From NCBI GenBank assembly GCA_043739185.1, contig JAYUEN010000180.1, forward strand, positions 1-46,830: a DNA stretch of 46,830 nucleotides, in the 5' to 3' direction. Position 1 is the first letter of the stretch, and every line of letters begins with the position of its first letter. Both the position numbers and the translations under genes were made by a program. The stretch comes from Bdellovibrionales bacterium (GTDB taxonomy: Bacteria; Bdellovibrionota; Bdellovibrionia; Bdellovibrionales; JAMPXM01). A model generated the notes under the pieces. That model was not told the DNA's origin, did no database searches, and saw only the letters and a program-made list of their open reading frames with translations. Shown piece by piece: positions 9,120 through 19,206 of the stretch.

Positions 9120-10866
9120 ACGAAGCTTCAATTTGTTTTTCAAAACTTGGGTCGAAAATTAGAAATTGATATGATGAGGCTTTGGTAGCCAGATACATTG
9201 TCTTAAGTTTCATTTTTTCAAGCAGCTGGACAGACTCATTGTCAATGGCTAAGAAAAGCGTCTGCCCCGCCATTGCCTGTTTGCAGATTCCTAAAATATT
9301 TGGATAGCTCCTATCTTTTTCGATTTCCTTCAAGGTCCCAAGAGATTTTAATATTTTAATTTTGATGGTGCTTCGATTCTGAATATTTTTTAGTTCGAGG
9401 ATTTCAATCATAAGGGCTTTTTCATAGTAGTAGGAAAACTTTGCTGCCAATTCAGCCAGATTATCCTGTTGGCTTAGTCGTAGAGAGAGTAGTTCGTCGT
9501 AGACCACTCCGCCGTTAGCTAGATATTTTTCTTTAACTTCTTTCGATAGTTTTATAGGGTATTTCGCTTCGCCCAAATATGGCTCACAAAACTTAAATAC
9601 TTTGGTCTTAATTTCGGTGTTAGAAATATCAGCTTTTTGAAAGAGAATTTTAAGTACAAGATTAAACAGGCTTTCTTCAAGGCTTGAGTGGAGCTTCTTG
9701 AAATCTAGGCCCGAAAGAATCCACGCGATTTTCAAATTTTCTGTTTTTTTGAACTCATCGATTACGGATTGGTAAACTCCTAAATCCGAATTTTGCTGAT
9801 TGTAGTCTACAAACTGCATTGCTAGCCGCTCTAAAAAATCACTTTTTTCTTTTTCAGGCAAATTTGTTAAAAAGTCAGATGTCCGAAAATCGCCGGGAAA
9901 GCTTTTTGCATACTTAAGGTAATCTAAATAGAAATCCATGATTTTTGCGAGCACAGAATAGTCTTGTTTTTTAAAAAGCTCTCGCGCCTCATAAAATAAT
10001 AAGCTAAACTGAGGCTGAATTTCTCTGTTTTTTTGCTTAAAGAGCTTATAGACGTTCACTTTAAGATCAAATGATTTGGGTTCAGAGTAATAAAAAGACT
10101 GCAAGAACTGGCGCTGGGTTTCGACATCAGAATCCGCCTTCAATTTAGCAAGAGATAACCACAAATTAGCTCGAGCAGCTTCATTTAGGCCGCTTAGAAA
10201 TCTCTTTAATATTCGACTCATAGCTCCTGGGTCCAAAATGCTGGATAAGAAACTCGCGTCGACTACGTTGCGCTTAATCAATTCATCGAGACAGTAATTT
10301 TCAAAGTCTCGATCTTTGATTAAAATTTTTAAATTCTCGACATTTGATTCGCTCATTTTTTTTGCGAGTAGGTCGTTGTTAAAAAGAATTTCAAACTTTT
10401 CTTCGAGCTGGGGTGAAGCCGGTGAAAAAACAAAAACCCCATCGAAGTCTACTAAGAGTGAGCGGGCCTTATCCGGAACGGAGTCTAGTTGATTCCAATA
10501 GCGATGCTCTTGAACCCATTTATTCGCAATCATTTTAACTGGAGGTCGGATCTTGACAGTTAAGATCTGGCCAGCTTCAACCGCGTGAATATCAAATGTG
10601 TCTTCAGAATCGGAATTAAAATCACGAATCAGCGGCGGGGTAGGTCGAAGTGGTTTTTTTTCACCAGCTTTGAGCGAAAGTTCTGTTGGCTTTGAATACC
10701 TTTTGAGAATCTCGACCTTGGCGGTATTTTTCTTGGTATTGTAGACTAGAACCTTAACCAGCAAGGCCATTTTTACTGTTTCAAGCGTGAACTCTGATAT
10801 ATTAATTCCGTCTGCATACGAAACCAAAGGGAACAACAAAACAAAAATAAAGTTAAAAATTTTCAT
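9112..10866 (-). CDS. Large secreted hypothetical protein, mostly alpha-helical
   Basis: 584-aa ORF with signal peptide MKIFNFIFVLLFPLVSYA. Confidence 0.8.
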   Translation of the reverse strand: MKIFNFIFVLLFPLVSYADGINISEFTLETVKMALLVKVLVYNTKKNTAKVEILKRYSKPTELSLKAGEKKPLRPTPPLIRDFNSDSEDTFDIHAVEAGQILTVKIRPPVKMIANKWVQEHRYWNQLDSVPDKARSLLVDFDGVFVFSPASPQLEEKFEILFNNDLLAKKMSESNVENLKILIKDRDFENYCLDELIKRNVVDASFLSSILDPGAMSRILKRFLSGLNEAARANLWLSLAKLKADSDVETQRQFLQSFYYSEPKSFDLKVNVYKLFKQKNREIQPQFSLLFYEARELFKKQDYSVLAKIMDFYLDYLKYAKSFPGDFRTSDFLTNLPEKEKSDFLERLAMQFVDYNQQNSDLGVYQSVIDEFKKTENLKIAWILSGLDFKKLHSSLEESLFNLVLKILFQKADISNTEIKTKVFKFCEPYLGEAKYPIKLSKEVKEKYLANGGVVYDELLSLRLSQQDNLAELAAKFSYYYEKALMIEILELKNIQNRSTIKIKILKSLGTLKEIEKDRSYPNILGICKQAMAGQTLFLAIDNESVQLLEKMKLKTMYLATKASSYQFLIFDPSFEKQIEASFK

Positions 10867-10978
10867 CGCCTATTTTCATTGAAATGCGCGTCGTTTGTCT
10901 ACAGATTTAATCTTGTTTCGACTCCTGGTTCCTTATGAAGGTCTAGACAGAATAGATTTTCGAATGTTAGCTTAAATA

Positions 10979-11482
10979 ATGGAATTCAGACGACTTCAAA
11001 AAGAAGATTTAGAATTGTATTTTGCGAATCGCTTACGGGCATTGCAGAATGCCCCATCTGCATTTTTAACTACCTACGATGAAGAAAAGATAAATGGCAG
11101 CGATCACTTTGAGAAGACTTTATCTCGGAGTGATAATAGCAACGTAATTTTCGGCGCGGTTTTAGAAAGCAAGATAGTTGGTACTATAGGAATTTACAAA
11201 GAGGACCGACCTAAAACTTCCCATAAGGCAGGGATCTGGGGAATGTACGTAGATGTCGAACATCGGCAGCTTGGAGTCGGAGCAAAATTGCTAGAAATTG
11301 CCCTCGCATTTGCTAAAGATAAAATGAAAGTCGAAGTGGTCGGCCTATCATTAGAATCTACGAATCATCAAGCTAGAAAGCTATATGAAGCTCAAGGATT
11401 TAAAATTTGGGGAGTCGAACCAAGAGCAATGAAAGACGCTGATACTTCATACGATGAGTGCCATATGGTCTTAATTTTTTAG
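10979..11482 (+). CDS. GNAT family N-acetyltransferase
   Basis: IWGMYVDVEHRQLGVGAKLL (acetyl-CoA-binding motif A) and N..A.KLYEAQGF. Confidence 0.93.
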   Translation: MEFRRLQKEDLELYFANRLRALQNAPSAFLTTYDEEKINGSDHFEKTLSRSDNSNVIFGAVLESKIVGTIGIYKEDRPKTSHKAGIWGMYVDVEHRQLGVGAKLLEIALAFAKDKMKVEVVGLSLESTNHQARKLYEAQGFKIWGVEPRAMKDADTSYDECHMVLIF

Positions 11483-11584
11483 TTCTTCACATTCACATTG
11501 CAGCCACATTAAAGTCACTTTACGCACGGCATGTAGATAAATTCGAATGGCTAATTTAGATTATGCTTCAAGGAGAATATCTTT

Positions 11585-12064
11585 ATGCTAAAAGCCTATG
11601 CCTGCATCTGGTCAAACCAAAGCGCTGCCGAGATGGTGAAGTTCTACAAATCTGTTTTTAAGGGTACCAAAGTTGGCAAGTTCTCTTACTGGGGAAAAAA
11701 TCCAATGGGAGTTAAGGAGGGTTCGGTACTCACCGCACACCTTAACATTTTGGGACAAAAGCTTATGCTTTTAAATGGGTATATGGAGATGCCGTTTAAT
11801 GAATCTGTTTCGATGGTGGTTCCCTGCAAAACTCAGCGAGAGATCGACACCTATTGGAAAAAGCTAACAGCGGGTGGAGGTAAGCCCGTGCAATGCGGCT
11901 GGCTGATCGACAAGTTCGGCGTCCGCTGGCAGATCGTACCTTTTCAATTCGATAAGTGGAATACCACCAAGAACAAGGCGAAGAAAGAAGCAATGATGCT
12001 TGAGATGTGGAAGATGATAAAGCTCGACATCAAGAAATTGAAAGCGGCTTTCGACAATGCTTGA
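11585..12064 (+). CDS. VOC family protein (3-demethylubiquinone-9 3-methyltransferase-like / PhnB-like)
   Basis: FNESVS...TQREIDTYWKKLTAGG...CGWLIDKFGVRWQIVP...MIKLDI signature; AAGGAG RBS. Confidence 0.92.
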   Translation: MLKAYACIWSNQSAAEMVKFYKSVFKGTKVGKFSYWGKNPMGVKEGSVLTAHLNILGQKLMLLNGYMEMPFNESVSMVVPCKTQREIDTYWKKLTAGGGKPVQCGWLIDKFGVRWQIVPFQFDKWNTTKNKAKKEAMMLEMWKMIKLDIKKLKAAFDNA

Positions 12065-12107
12065 ATCGCTTAGAAAGCAGCACGAAATTCGAAGAATTTA
12101 ATTTAAA

Positions 12108-13772
12108 TTATTTTTCTGTATGCGCGGGCTGAGCTGATTTTTTAGAGCTTAAAGTTTTGAATCCGCCATAGCATTTTAAAGCATAGAGAACAGAGGCCTG
12201 TTCAATGATGCTTGCATTTTTTGAAAATTTGCAGAGTGGATCAAACATGGGATCGTCTTTGTGAATTTCGCAGAGTCTTTTAGAATTCATCATTTTGGCG
12301 CGACTTAAGTGCAACGAAGCTTGGCCAAAGCCACTGTCTCTATCCATAACCGAATCTCTCAATTTAGATGAGCAAGTTGAGCGAGGAATGTTTTCGGCTT
12401 CATTGGCTTGAAAGCAATGAATGCTTTGGGGATCAAATTCCATTCCGCCATTGTATTGCACGGGAAAGGCTGCGCCGAATCGGTATTTCCCGGATCCTAA
12501 AATTTCAAAATCGTAGCGGTCACCATCAATACGTTTAAATTGCCCAATGCTTTGACCATTCACGCTGAGATCAGTTTGATCGCAACTTTCATTTTTCAAT
12601 ACAAATGGCTTTTCTTGATCTTTTGTCCAATTGGCCACATCTCTCTGTAAAAGATTGCATTGTCCATTTGAGAAAGTGCCTTTTTCATCCATGATTTCGG
12701 TGAGGTGTCCGGGTGCTATGTGAATACTTGCGCACGCCGAAGAATCGAATACTCCCGGTACATTTCGCATTTCGACATGATCAATGAGACCTCTTACCTC
12801 AGAATTCGTGAGCCCGAGCTCTGCTCGGCATTTTACCAAAGCTGTTGCGGCTTGAGCTGGTTGAGTCAGTTGTGCGCCAACCACTGCTACTAAACCCATG
12901 GCGATTCCGCCAGCTAGGCTTGGGCTTTTAGAAAATCCACGCATGCGCGCCATTGCACTTTCAGATTCAACTTCTGCGCTCAAAAGATTGCGTAAACTGC
13001 CACGCGCTTTGCGCGCAGAATCTTTAAAGTCTTTCTCAGCTCTGGGGCTAGAAGCAAAATCACCGAATGCTTCGCGCGCAACTGGATAAAGAGCCTTGGC
13101 TTCAAAGGCTAAAAATATTTTCTGCTCGACCATCAGATCGAGCATCATCGGATTTTCGGAAAGGTTCCATTTTTCTGCTATCGTATCTTCAAGTGCTTGG
13201 GTATTGCCGTGATTTCCAGAAAAGTATCCAACATTTTTGCTGTTCATTGCGGCTTCGATACGATCATGAAACTCTTGGTAGAGGATTGGGTTTTTTCGAA
13301 ATTCTTTGCCGTACTTATTTTCAAAGTGGCTTTGCTCTTTTTCGATGATCGAAGCTGCTACGGAATTCTTTCGCCGAACCTCTTCAGCGGCAGCGTGAAG
13401 GTCGTCAACAAAGCTTTTCATTTTAGCCGCATCAGAACTGGTTTTAGCAAGCTCCGCAAGTTGTTTGTAGGCCGAAGTATTGGGAAGCATAAAAACTCCC
13501 AAAGCAGCCATTTGTGTGACGCCACTTTTGAGATTTGCGCGGGCTGAGAACTCTTGAATAAAGTTCGGATTTGCACAGTTGTTGTTACGTCCCGCGGGAG
13601 CTTCAACGGCTTTAACTTTGATTTCTTTCTGTCGAGATTTATCATACTTTCTTTGATTGATTTGCCAGGCCTGATTCAGCTCGCGGGGGAATTGGTCATC
13701 GGCACCAAAAGACTTTGGTGAGTTTGATAAAAATAAAATGATGACGAAGAGTTTTTTTAAAAACGACAGCAT
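12108..13772 (-). CDS. Secreted hypothetical protein with Cys-containing C-terminal half
   Basis: 554-aa ORF, signal peptide, internal Ala/Gly hydrophobic stretch; no family recognised. Confidence 0.8.
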   Translation of the reverse strand: MLSFLKKLFVIILFLSNSPKSFGADDQFPRELNQAWQINQRKYDKSRQKEIKVKAVEAPAGRNNNCANPNFIQEFSARANLKSGVTQMAALGVFMLPNTSAYKQLAELAKTSSDAAKMKSFVDDLHAAAEEVRRKNSVAASIIEKEQSHFENKYGKEFRKNPILYQEFHDRIEAAMNSKNVGYFSGNHGNTQALEDTIAEKWNLSENPMMLDLMVEQKIFLAFEAKALYPVAREAFGDFASSPRAEKDFKDSARKARGSLRNLLSAEVESESAMARMRGFSKSPSLAGGIAMGLVAVVGAQLTQPAQAATALVKCRAELGLTNSEVRGLIDHVEMRNVPGVFDSSACASIHIAPGHLTEIMDEKGTFSNGQCNLLQRDVANWTKDQEKPFVLKNESCDQTDLSVNGQSIGQFKRIDGDRYDFEILGSGKYRFGAAFPVQYNGGMEFDPQSIHCFQANEAENIPRSTCSSKLRDSVMDRDSGFGQASLHLSRAKMMNSKRLCEIHKDDPMFDPLCKFSKNASIIEQASVLYALKCYGGFKTLSSKKSAQPAHTEK

Positions 13773-13778
13773 CTTATC

Positions 13779-13805
13779 CTATCGGATTTTTTAAGAAAGT
13801 CTTCA
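13779..13805 (-). promoter_or_regulatory. sigma28 (FliA)-like promoter, probably leaderless
   Basis: Minus strand TGAA-N15-TCCGATAG, 6 nt before ATG 13772. Confidence 0.55.
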
Positions 13806-14005
13806 CTGGACTCGCTCAATGTCGGGCTTAATTTCCTGGGGTGTGAGCACAAAGTAAAGTCTAGGTCTTTGTGGCGCTATAGCCTTTAAACATGGCTTTA
13901 AAAGAGGCTAGGGCCGGACAAAAACTGAATCGCATAGGTCGAGTAATTGAGAGAGCAGCTCGCCGCAGTAATCTTTCGGTCATTGAAAACCCAAATTGCT
14001 AAGCC

Positions 14006-15403
14006 CTACATAAATCCTAAGAGCTCCCACAAGCCGGGGATGCGGCTGGGATTTGATAGAGTCGCATTGTGCATCAACAGGGGAACAAAAACTTCATTTG
14101 AAGTGGCTCCGCCATGTTGCCCACGATCTTTGTTTAAAAATGAAATGCCCGGTTTTGGAATGATAAGCACGTCGGGATGAGAATTTGCTCGAAAATATCG
14201 CGAAAGATTAGAAATGAAAAAAGGATAATAGAGATCATTAATTGGACTCTTTATTTCGTCAGGACATATAATTTCGCGCCTTGAATTTTGCCCGGAGCTT
14301 AAATCGGAATTTAAAAACGAAATTTGAAATTTGTCATGCCTACATTTGTCCCCGTCTTCATAGATAAATGAAGTGTCGAATTTTGAAGAGTGAACGCACA
14401 CTTCATTTCCTGAAAGCGAAGCAACGATATCTAAATTCGGTTGAGATGCGACAAATTTGACAAATTCACTTTTGCGAACCTCTGACCAAACTCCACGAAA
14501 GCGAATGGCAGCAAATCTCTCTTCGTTTAAAAAGTCGAATTCGCCGGCAAACTTTTCTAAGACTTCCGCAAAATTTATAAACTTCGTGATTCTTTTGTCG
14601 AAGCCGTGGTCGGAACTCAGCAATGATACGACTTCTCTAGTATGTGCGTGTTCAACGGAGTTTAAAATCTCAAATACAGTTGAAAGTTTACGGTCTAAAA
14701 ATTTTAAATATTCACTCACTTCTTGGGCTTGTGGGCCCAAATCGTGGCTTTTTAAATCCAATCCGATGAGATGAAGATAAATAAAATCAGGCCATGATTC
14801 AGGTTTCGAGTTTTTTAAAACACTCTCTAATGAATTGATAAGGCGCGTGTCGACGAGCTCATAATTTTTTTTTAATACGGCTAAAGCTGCCTCGGTATCA
14901 CCTGAGAACATTCGCGCTGTCGAGTTCGAACTGAAACTATAGTCGAGGCTAACGGTCTTTAAGCCCTTTTCTTTTAGGCGCTTGAAAATATTTTTACCTT
15001 TAATTAAATTGTTTAGATGAACAAAATTTTTGGGATCTTCAAAATTCAAATATTCATCATCATCAATGATCTGATTGCCATAAATGCCATGCTGATCAAC
15101 TGTAGATTCAGTCAAAAGTGAGGCAATTGCAGGATAGGTCTCGCTCGGAAAAAGCGTTCGAGCGACAAAAAACTTTTCTTTGCCTTTAATGAAAAAGTCA
15201 TTGAGCTGGGGTAAATGTCCTTGGTTGAATTCTTGAGAGAGCATTTTGAGTTGAAGGCCGTCGATTAAAATAAATAGAACAGTCCGGTGAGAAGTTTTGG
15301 CGCCGTTTGTTGCTTCTCGATACTCATCTGAAGCATGTTGTTCAGTTGAACAGGCTGATAGCAAAAAAAACGAAATTAAAATGAATGCAATCCGCAAATG
15401 CAA
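14006..15403 (-). CDS. Alkaline phosphatase superfamily (nucleotide pyrophosphatase/phosphodiesterase-like) lipoprotein
   Basis: ILIDGL, PSETYPA (Thr nucleophile), DLKSH, SDHG and GQHG metal motifs; LLSAC lipobox; TTG start near 15403 inferred, ORF open to 15526. Confidence 0.88.
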   Translation of the reverse strand: MHLRIAFILISFFLLSACSTEQHASDEYREATNGAKTSHRTVLFILIDGLQLKMLSQEFNQGHLPQLNDFFIKGKEKFFVARTLFPSETYPAIASLLTESTVDQHGIYGNQIIDDDEYLNFEDPKNFVHLNNLIKGKNIFKRLKEKGLKTVSLDYSFSSNSTARMFSGDTEAALAVLKKNYELVDTRLINSLESVLKNSKPESWPDFIYLHLIGLDLKSHDLGPQAQEVSEYLKFLDRKLSTVFEILNSVEHAHTREVVSLLSSDHGFDKRITKFINFAEVLEKFAGEFDFLNEERFAAIRFRGVWSEVRKSEFVKFVASQPNLDIVASLSGNEVCVHSSKFDTSFIYEDGDKCRHDKFQISFLNSDLSSGQNSRREIICPDEIKSPINDLYYPFFISNLSRYFRANSHPDVLIIPKPGISFLNKDRGQHGGATSNEVFVPLLMHNATLSNPSRIPGLWELLGFM

Positions 15404-15559
15404 AACTTGTTTCCTCAAATTGTTTTTAGTGATTCTCAAGTAGTTATCGCAAAATATAGACCCATTTAGGAAGAAAGGCAGAGGCTTAGAGGTGAATTTT
15501 TGCTGAACCCCTAGTAAACTCGCCAATTAATGAGCTTAAAAATGTCATAGGCTGGCAAA

Positions 15560-15622
15560 CTGAAAGCCGATAACCGAAACTGCGAAACGGTTAACAGCTG
15601 CGGCTGCCGTTAAAACCGATTT
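15560..15622 (+). repeat. Dispersed ~63-bp intergenic element, copy A
   Basis: CTGAAAGCCGATAACCGAAACTGCGAAACGGTTAACAGCTGCGGCTGCCGTTAAAACCGATTT; 49/63 identical to copy C by ungapped hand alignment. Confidence 0.85.
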
Positions 15623-15783
15623 GAAATCTAATGTTTAAAAGTTCCCTTGGCGACTTAAGGAATCAGACAAAAAAAGTCCGAAGTGTAAAATACTTGTCCG
15701 CACTGAACGGCCGAGTTGGTAGCTTCAAATGACGTTATTCTAGATCCAGTTCGAGTTGACGATAAATTGAGTGAAGCGATTCG

Positions 15784-15799
15784 TGGCATAGCACTTGCT
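15784..15799 (+). promoter_or_regulatory. sigma54 -24/-12 promoter
   Basis: TGGCATAGCACTTGCT (GG-N10-GC), 33 bp before the GTG at 15833. Confidence 0.75.
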
Positions 15800-15832
15800 T
15801 TTCAAGTGATGTCTAACTAAGCCGGAGTATTT

Positions 15833-17293
15833 GTGTCGAAAGCGCTTGGCTACCTTCATTTTCAATTAGGATTTAAGGCCCATATTCTGGCTCTCGCTTT
15901 TCTTTGTTCTTGTTCGATGCAAAAACAATTGACTGAAATGCATGATACCACTGAAGATCTTGATCAGCAGACACACGAACTCAATCAAGAGACCAAGCAG
16001 GTTGGTCAAACCTCTAAAGATTTGAGTGCAAAGACTGATAAAATTGTCTCTACCTCGACTGAGTTATTAGATAAGACGATTCGCATTGCCGATACTTCTG
16101 GAACTCTTTTAGATAAAACCAATAATATTTCGAGTACTTCAAATAAACTATTGGATCGAACCATACATGTATCGGATACATCGGATAAGCTCCTAGAGGA
16201 AACCATAAATGTTGGTGTGGTCTCAGGCGAATTAAAAGAGATTTCGGCACATATTGCGGAGCGAACAGACTATGCCGCAACTAAAATGGATCACGTCAGT
16301 GATACTTCTGATCAAGTCGTAAAATTAACTGGCACACTTTTAGATGTTTCAAAACATGGGGCCTCATTAGATATTCGGCAAAAAATTTGGAGAGAAATAT
16401 TAGACCCTCAATTGAGTCGAAATGCTCAAGATATTATCCCTCGTCTTTCTCGAGCAGGAAAATATCATATGGCTTTTGAATATCAGCTCTGGTCGGGCCT
16501 TAGCCTTGATAGCACTGCACACCGTGATCGATTGGGAGCGCTCGCAATTGAGGAGTTCCTGCGAGATATTCAAGGTCTTTATATTAGTGATCGAATTTTG
16601 CCAAATCCAATGAGTGATGATCCAAAAGAAGCAGCGCTCAATGTGCTGGCGACTGCTATGAGTGCGGTAGATAATGTTCAACAAGAAATCATAAACGCAG
16701 ATCAATCTTCGGGTAATCCCCAGTTAAAACCCATGACCATGTTGACGCTTATAAAAGATAGTCTTTCACATGCCAAAGAAATTCAACTGGGTCAAAAAAA
16801 GCTAGAAGAATTTCCGCCCTTTGTAAAAGAGGTACTAAATCAAGAAAATGTGGCGCTTTATTTATTAAAATTGCGTGTGAACTATTTGTCCTATATGGGA
16901 TTGGGAGCCTTGATAAAATCGCAGCTAACTCCCAAGCCAAGTTCAATTGATAGCTGGCAAAGTTTTGGCATCAATATGATCGAAATGAAAAAATCTTTTT
17001 TGTCTCAGCATTGTCTTTTGGCGCAAAAATTCTCTTCGCAACTGCAAATGGCTGCAAATATTTCAGAATTTAATGATGAGCAATTGTCTGAGATTGCGCG
17101 CTTTTTACAGGGCGCCTTTGATACCAGAGAGTTTCTTAAATCTATCGAAATTAAGGCCGAGCAAGAATGCGTGACTAAGGCTTTATTTTCAATCGTTGAT
17201 GATTCAAAGCTTGTAGATGCACGACAAGGATTCACTGCGAAGCGAACGGCTTTAAAGCAAAAGATTTCTGGACTTATTAAATCTTTAAAATAA
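15833..17293 (+). CDS. Lipoprotein with 14-residue coiled-coil repeats
   Basis: GGAG RBS, LCSC lipobox, repeats of the TSxxLLDKTxxIxD type. Confidence 0.8.
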   Translation: MSKALGYLHFQLGFKAHILALAFLCSCSMQKQLTEMHDTTEDLDQQTHELNQETKQVGQTSKDLSAKTDKIVSTSTELLDKTIRIADTSGTLLDKTNNISSTSNKLLDRTIHVSDTSDKLLEETINVGVVSGELKEISAHIAERTDYAATKMDHVSDTSDQVVKLTGTLLDVSKHGASLDIRQKIWREILDPQLSRNAQDIIPRLSRAGKYHMAFEYQLWSGLSLDSTAHRDRLGALAIEEFLRDIQGLYISDRILPNPMSDDPKEAALNVLATAMSAVDNVQQEIINADQSSGNPQLKPMTMLTLIKDSLSHAKEIQLGQKKLEEFPPFVKEVLNQENVALYLLKLRVNYLSYMGLGALIKSQLTPKPSSIDSWQSFGINMIEMKKSFLSQHCLLAQKFSSQLQMAANISEFNDEQLSEIARFLQGAFDTREFLKSIEIKAEQECVTKALFSIVDDSKLVDARQGFTAKRTALKQKISGLIKSLK

Positions 17294-19105
17294 ATAAACG
17301 CAGCCAGAACTAGCATGATTTTGAGAGCTGGGATCTCCTCCGATTCCGGTGGCGCTGCCGCCTTCTGCATTGTCTCCAACGGCAATGCTTTGACCGTCAT
17401 CTGATAGAGCCACCTTAAAGCCAAAGTTTCTCGTTGCGCCCGTAAAGACGGGCGGTTTCAAATAGGAGAATTGAGTCCATACGGATCCAGCGCGTTTGAA
17501 AATATAGACGGCGCCTGATTGTGAACTGAGATTATTTGTTTGGTCGCCGCCAATGCCTAGTGCATTACTACTCTCACCTGGCGCCGATACTGCCAATGTA
17601 TTGCCGTCTGCTGAGAGTGCCGTCGAGCTTCCAAAAACATCGCCGGCCTCTGAGTTTGAAGACTTGATATAGGCTTGCTGTGACCAATTGATTCCACTTC
17701 TAGAAAATACAAAGACCGCTCCAGATTGTGCTGCCGAGGTATCCGCAGCATTGCCGTTGATTCCGGTAGCATTGCTGGCTTCGGTCGCAACGCCTGCTGC
17801 TAAAGTATCTCCATCGTAAGATAAATTTATATTGATTCCAAAGTTTTCTCCTGTGGAGATGACCGATGGCTTAATGTAAGCCTGTTGGGACCATGCCGCA
17901 GCGGCATAGGTGAAGATATAAATCGCTCCGGCATTAGCGAGCGAGTTGTCATTCTGATTGCCATTGATACCGGTTGCATTGCTCGCCTCTTTCGGCGCGC
18001 CTACAGCTAGTGTCAGTCCATCTCCGGACAGTGAAAGGCGAGCGCCAAAGTTGTCAAGACTATTGGGATTCGAAGCTTTAATATAAGTTGATTGTGTCCA
18101 GGTCCCCAAGCTCCGAGTGAAAATATAAACTGCGCCTGATGAGGACAAGGCATTGCTCGCTTGGTTTCCGTTAATGCCTGACGAATTACTACTTTCACCC
18201 GAAGCTCCAACGGCGAGGGTATTGCCGTCAGCAGATACACTCAATTGACTACCAAAACCATCGCCAATATCGGGGTTTGAAGACTTCAGATAAGCTTGTT
18301 GCGACCAAACAGAGTTGGCTCTAATAAATATATAAGCGGCACCTGAGCCAGACATAAGGTTATTGCTACCATCACCATTGACTCCGCTGGCGTTGCTGTC
18401 TTCGCTGGGTGCGGTAACCGCTAGAGTATTTCCGTCTTGAGATAATCGAACAGCAGTGCCAAAGGTATCGCCACTATCTGTATTGGAGGCTTTAATATAG
18501 GCTTCTTGAGTCCAAGTAACTCCCGATTTTGTGAATACGTAAACCGCACCAGAATTACTTGCGGACGTATTGCTTTGATCTCCGTTGATTCCGGTCGCAT
18601 TGCTATTTTCAAAAGCAGCACCTATGGCCATAGTCTTGCCGTCTCCTGAGAGTGCGACTGATCCGAAGTTAGCGCCGGTCGCGCTATTTGAGGCCTTGAT
18701 ATATCCGACTAAACTATTTAACAGGCTTTGAGCAGATAAACTTTGAGTGCTGCGCACACAAGCTGTTTGATCGCAGGCTTCGACAAAAATTTGCGGATTT
18801 TTCAAAGCCACATCTAACAAATTAAATTCGATTTCTGAATTGGTAGAGTTTAATGCGCTCTGAAGAGTGGTTTCGACCCCACTCACGATTTGAATGATTC
18901 GATAGGATAAGGCTCCAGTACTTCCGGTCCAAGAAACTTTGACCACTCTTGGCTTTTTGGTTGCCATAATTGATAAATTCGTCGGCTTTAAAATACTAGA
19001 GGATGAAGCTGAAGTACCGTTTTCATTTGAAGAAAAAACTCCACAGCTACAAGTGATTCCAATGATTAGGCTAAGTTTAAAAAATTCAATGAAGTGAAAT
19101 TTCAC
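17285..19105 (-). CDS. FG-GAP (integrin-alpha-like) beta-propeller lipoprotein
   Basis: About 7 repeats of AYIKASN...D.FG..V.LS.DGNTLAVGA..E.SN..GING...SGAVY.F; TCSC lipobox; FnIII-like N-terminal part. Confidence 0.9.
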   Translation of the reverse strand: MKFHFIEFFKLSLIIGITCSCGVFSSNENGTSASSSSILKPTNLSIMATKKPRVVKVSWTGSTGALSYRIIQIVSGVETTLQSALNSTNSEIEFNLLDVALKNPQIFVEACDQTACVRSTQSLSAQSLLNSLVGYIKASNSATGANFGSVALSGDGKTMAIGAAFENSNATGINGDQSNTSASNSGAVYVFTKSGVTWTQEAYIKASNTDSGDTFGTAVRLSQDGNTLAVTAPSEDSNASGVNGDGSNNLMSGSGAAYIFIRANSVWSQQAYLKSSNPDIGDGFGSQLSVSADGNTLAVGASGESSNSSGINGNQASNALSSSGAVYIFTRSLGTWTQSTYIKASNPNSLDNFGARLSLSGDGLTLAVGAPKEASNATGINGNQNDNSLANAGAIYIFTYAAAAWSQQAYIKPSVISTGENFGININLSYDGDTLAAGVATEASNATGINGNAADTSAAQSGAVFVFSRSGINWSQQAYIKSSNSEAGDVFGSSTALSADGNTLAVSAPGESSNALGIGGDQTNNLSSQSGAVYIFKRAGSVWTQFSYLKPPVFTGATRNFGFKVALSDDGQSIAVGDNAEGGSATGIGGDPSSQNHASSGCVYLF

Positions 19106-19206
19106 ATTATCTTAATCGGTATTAGAAGGGCCACAATCAATAGCTTTATTCAGGACCAAGGGCTAAGAATGATTTCTCAACTACTTAATTTGCATGTCTC
19201 TTTAGG

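Noticed and set aside
15560..15622. Dispersed element as a classical REP, MITE or terminator
   Set aside because: No terminal inverted repeats, target-site duplication or strong hairpin with U-tract seen, and all copies lie between divergent gene starts rather than after stops
17285..19105. Repeating DNA blocks as a repeat array or novel element
   Set aside because: Fully explained by FG-GAP protein repeats
19113..19140. sigma28 promoter for the FG-GAP gene
   Set aside because: A -10-like ACCGATTA is present but the -35 match is poor
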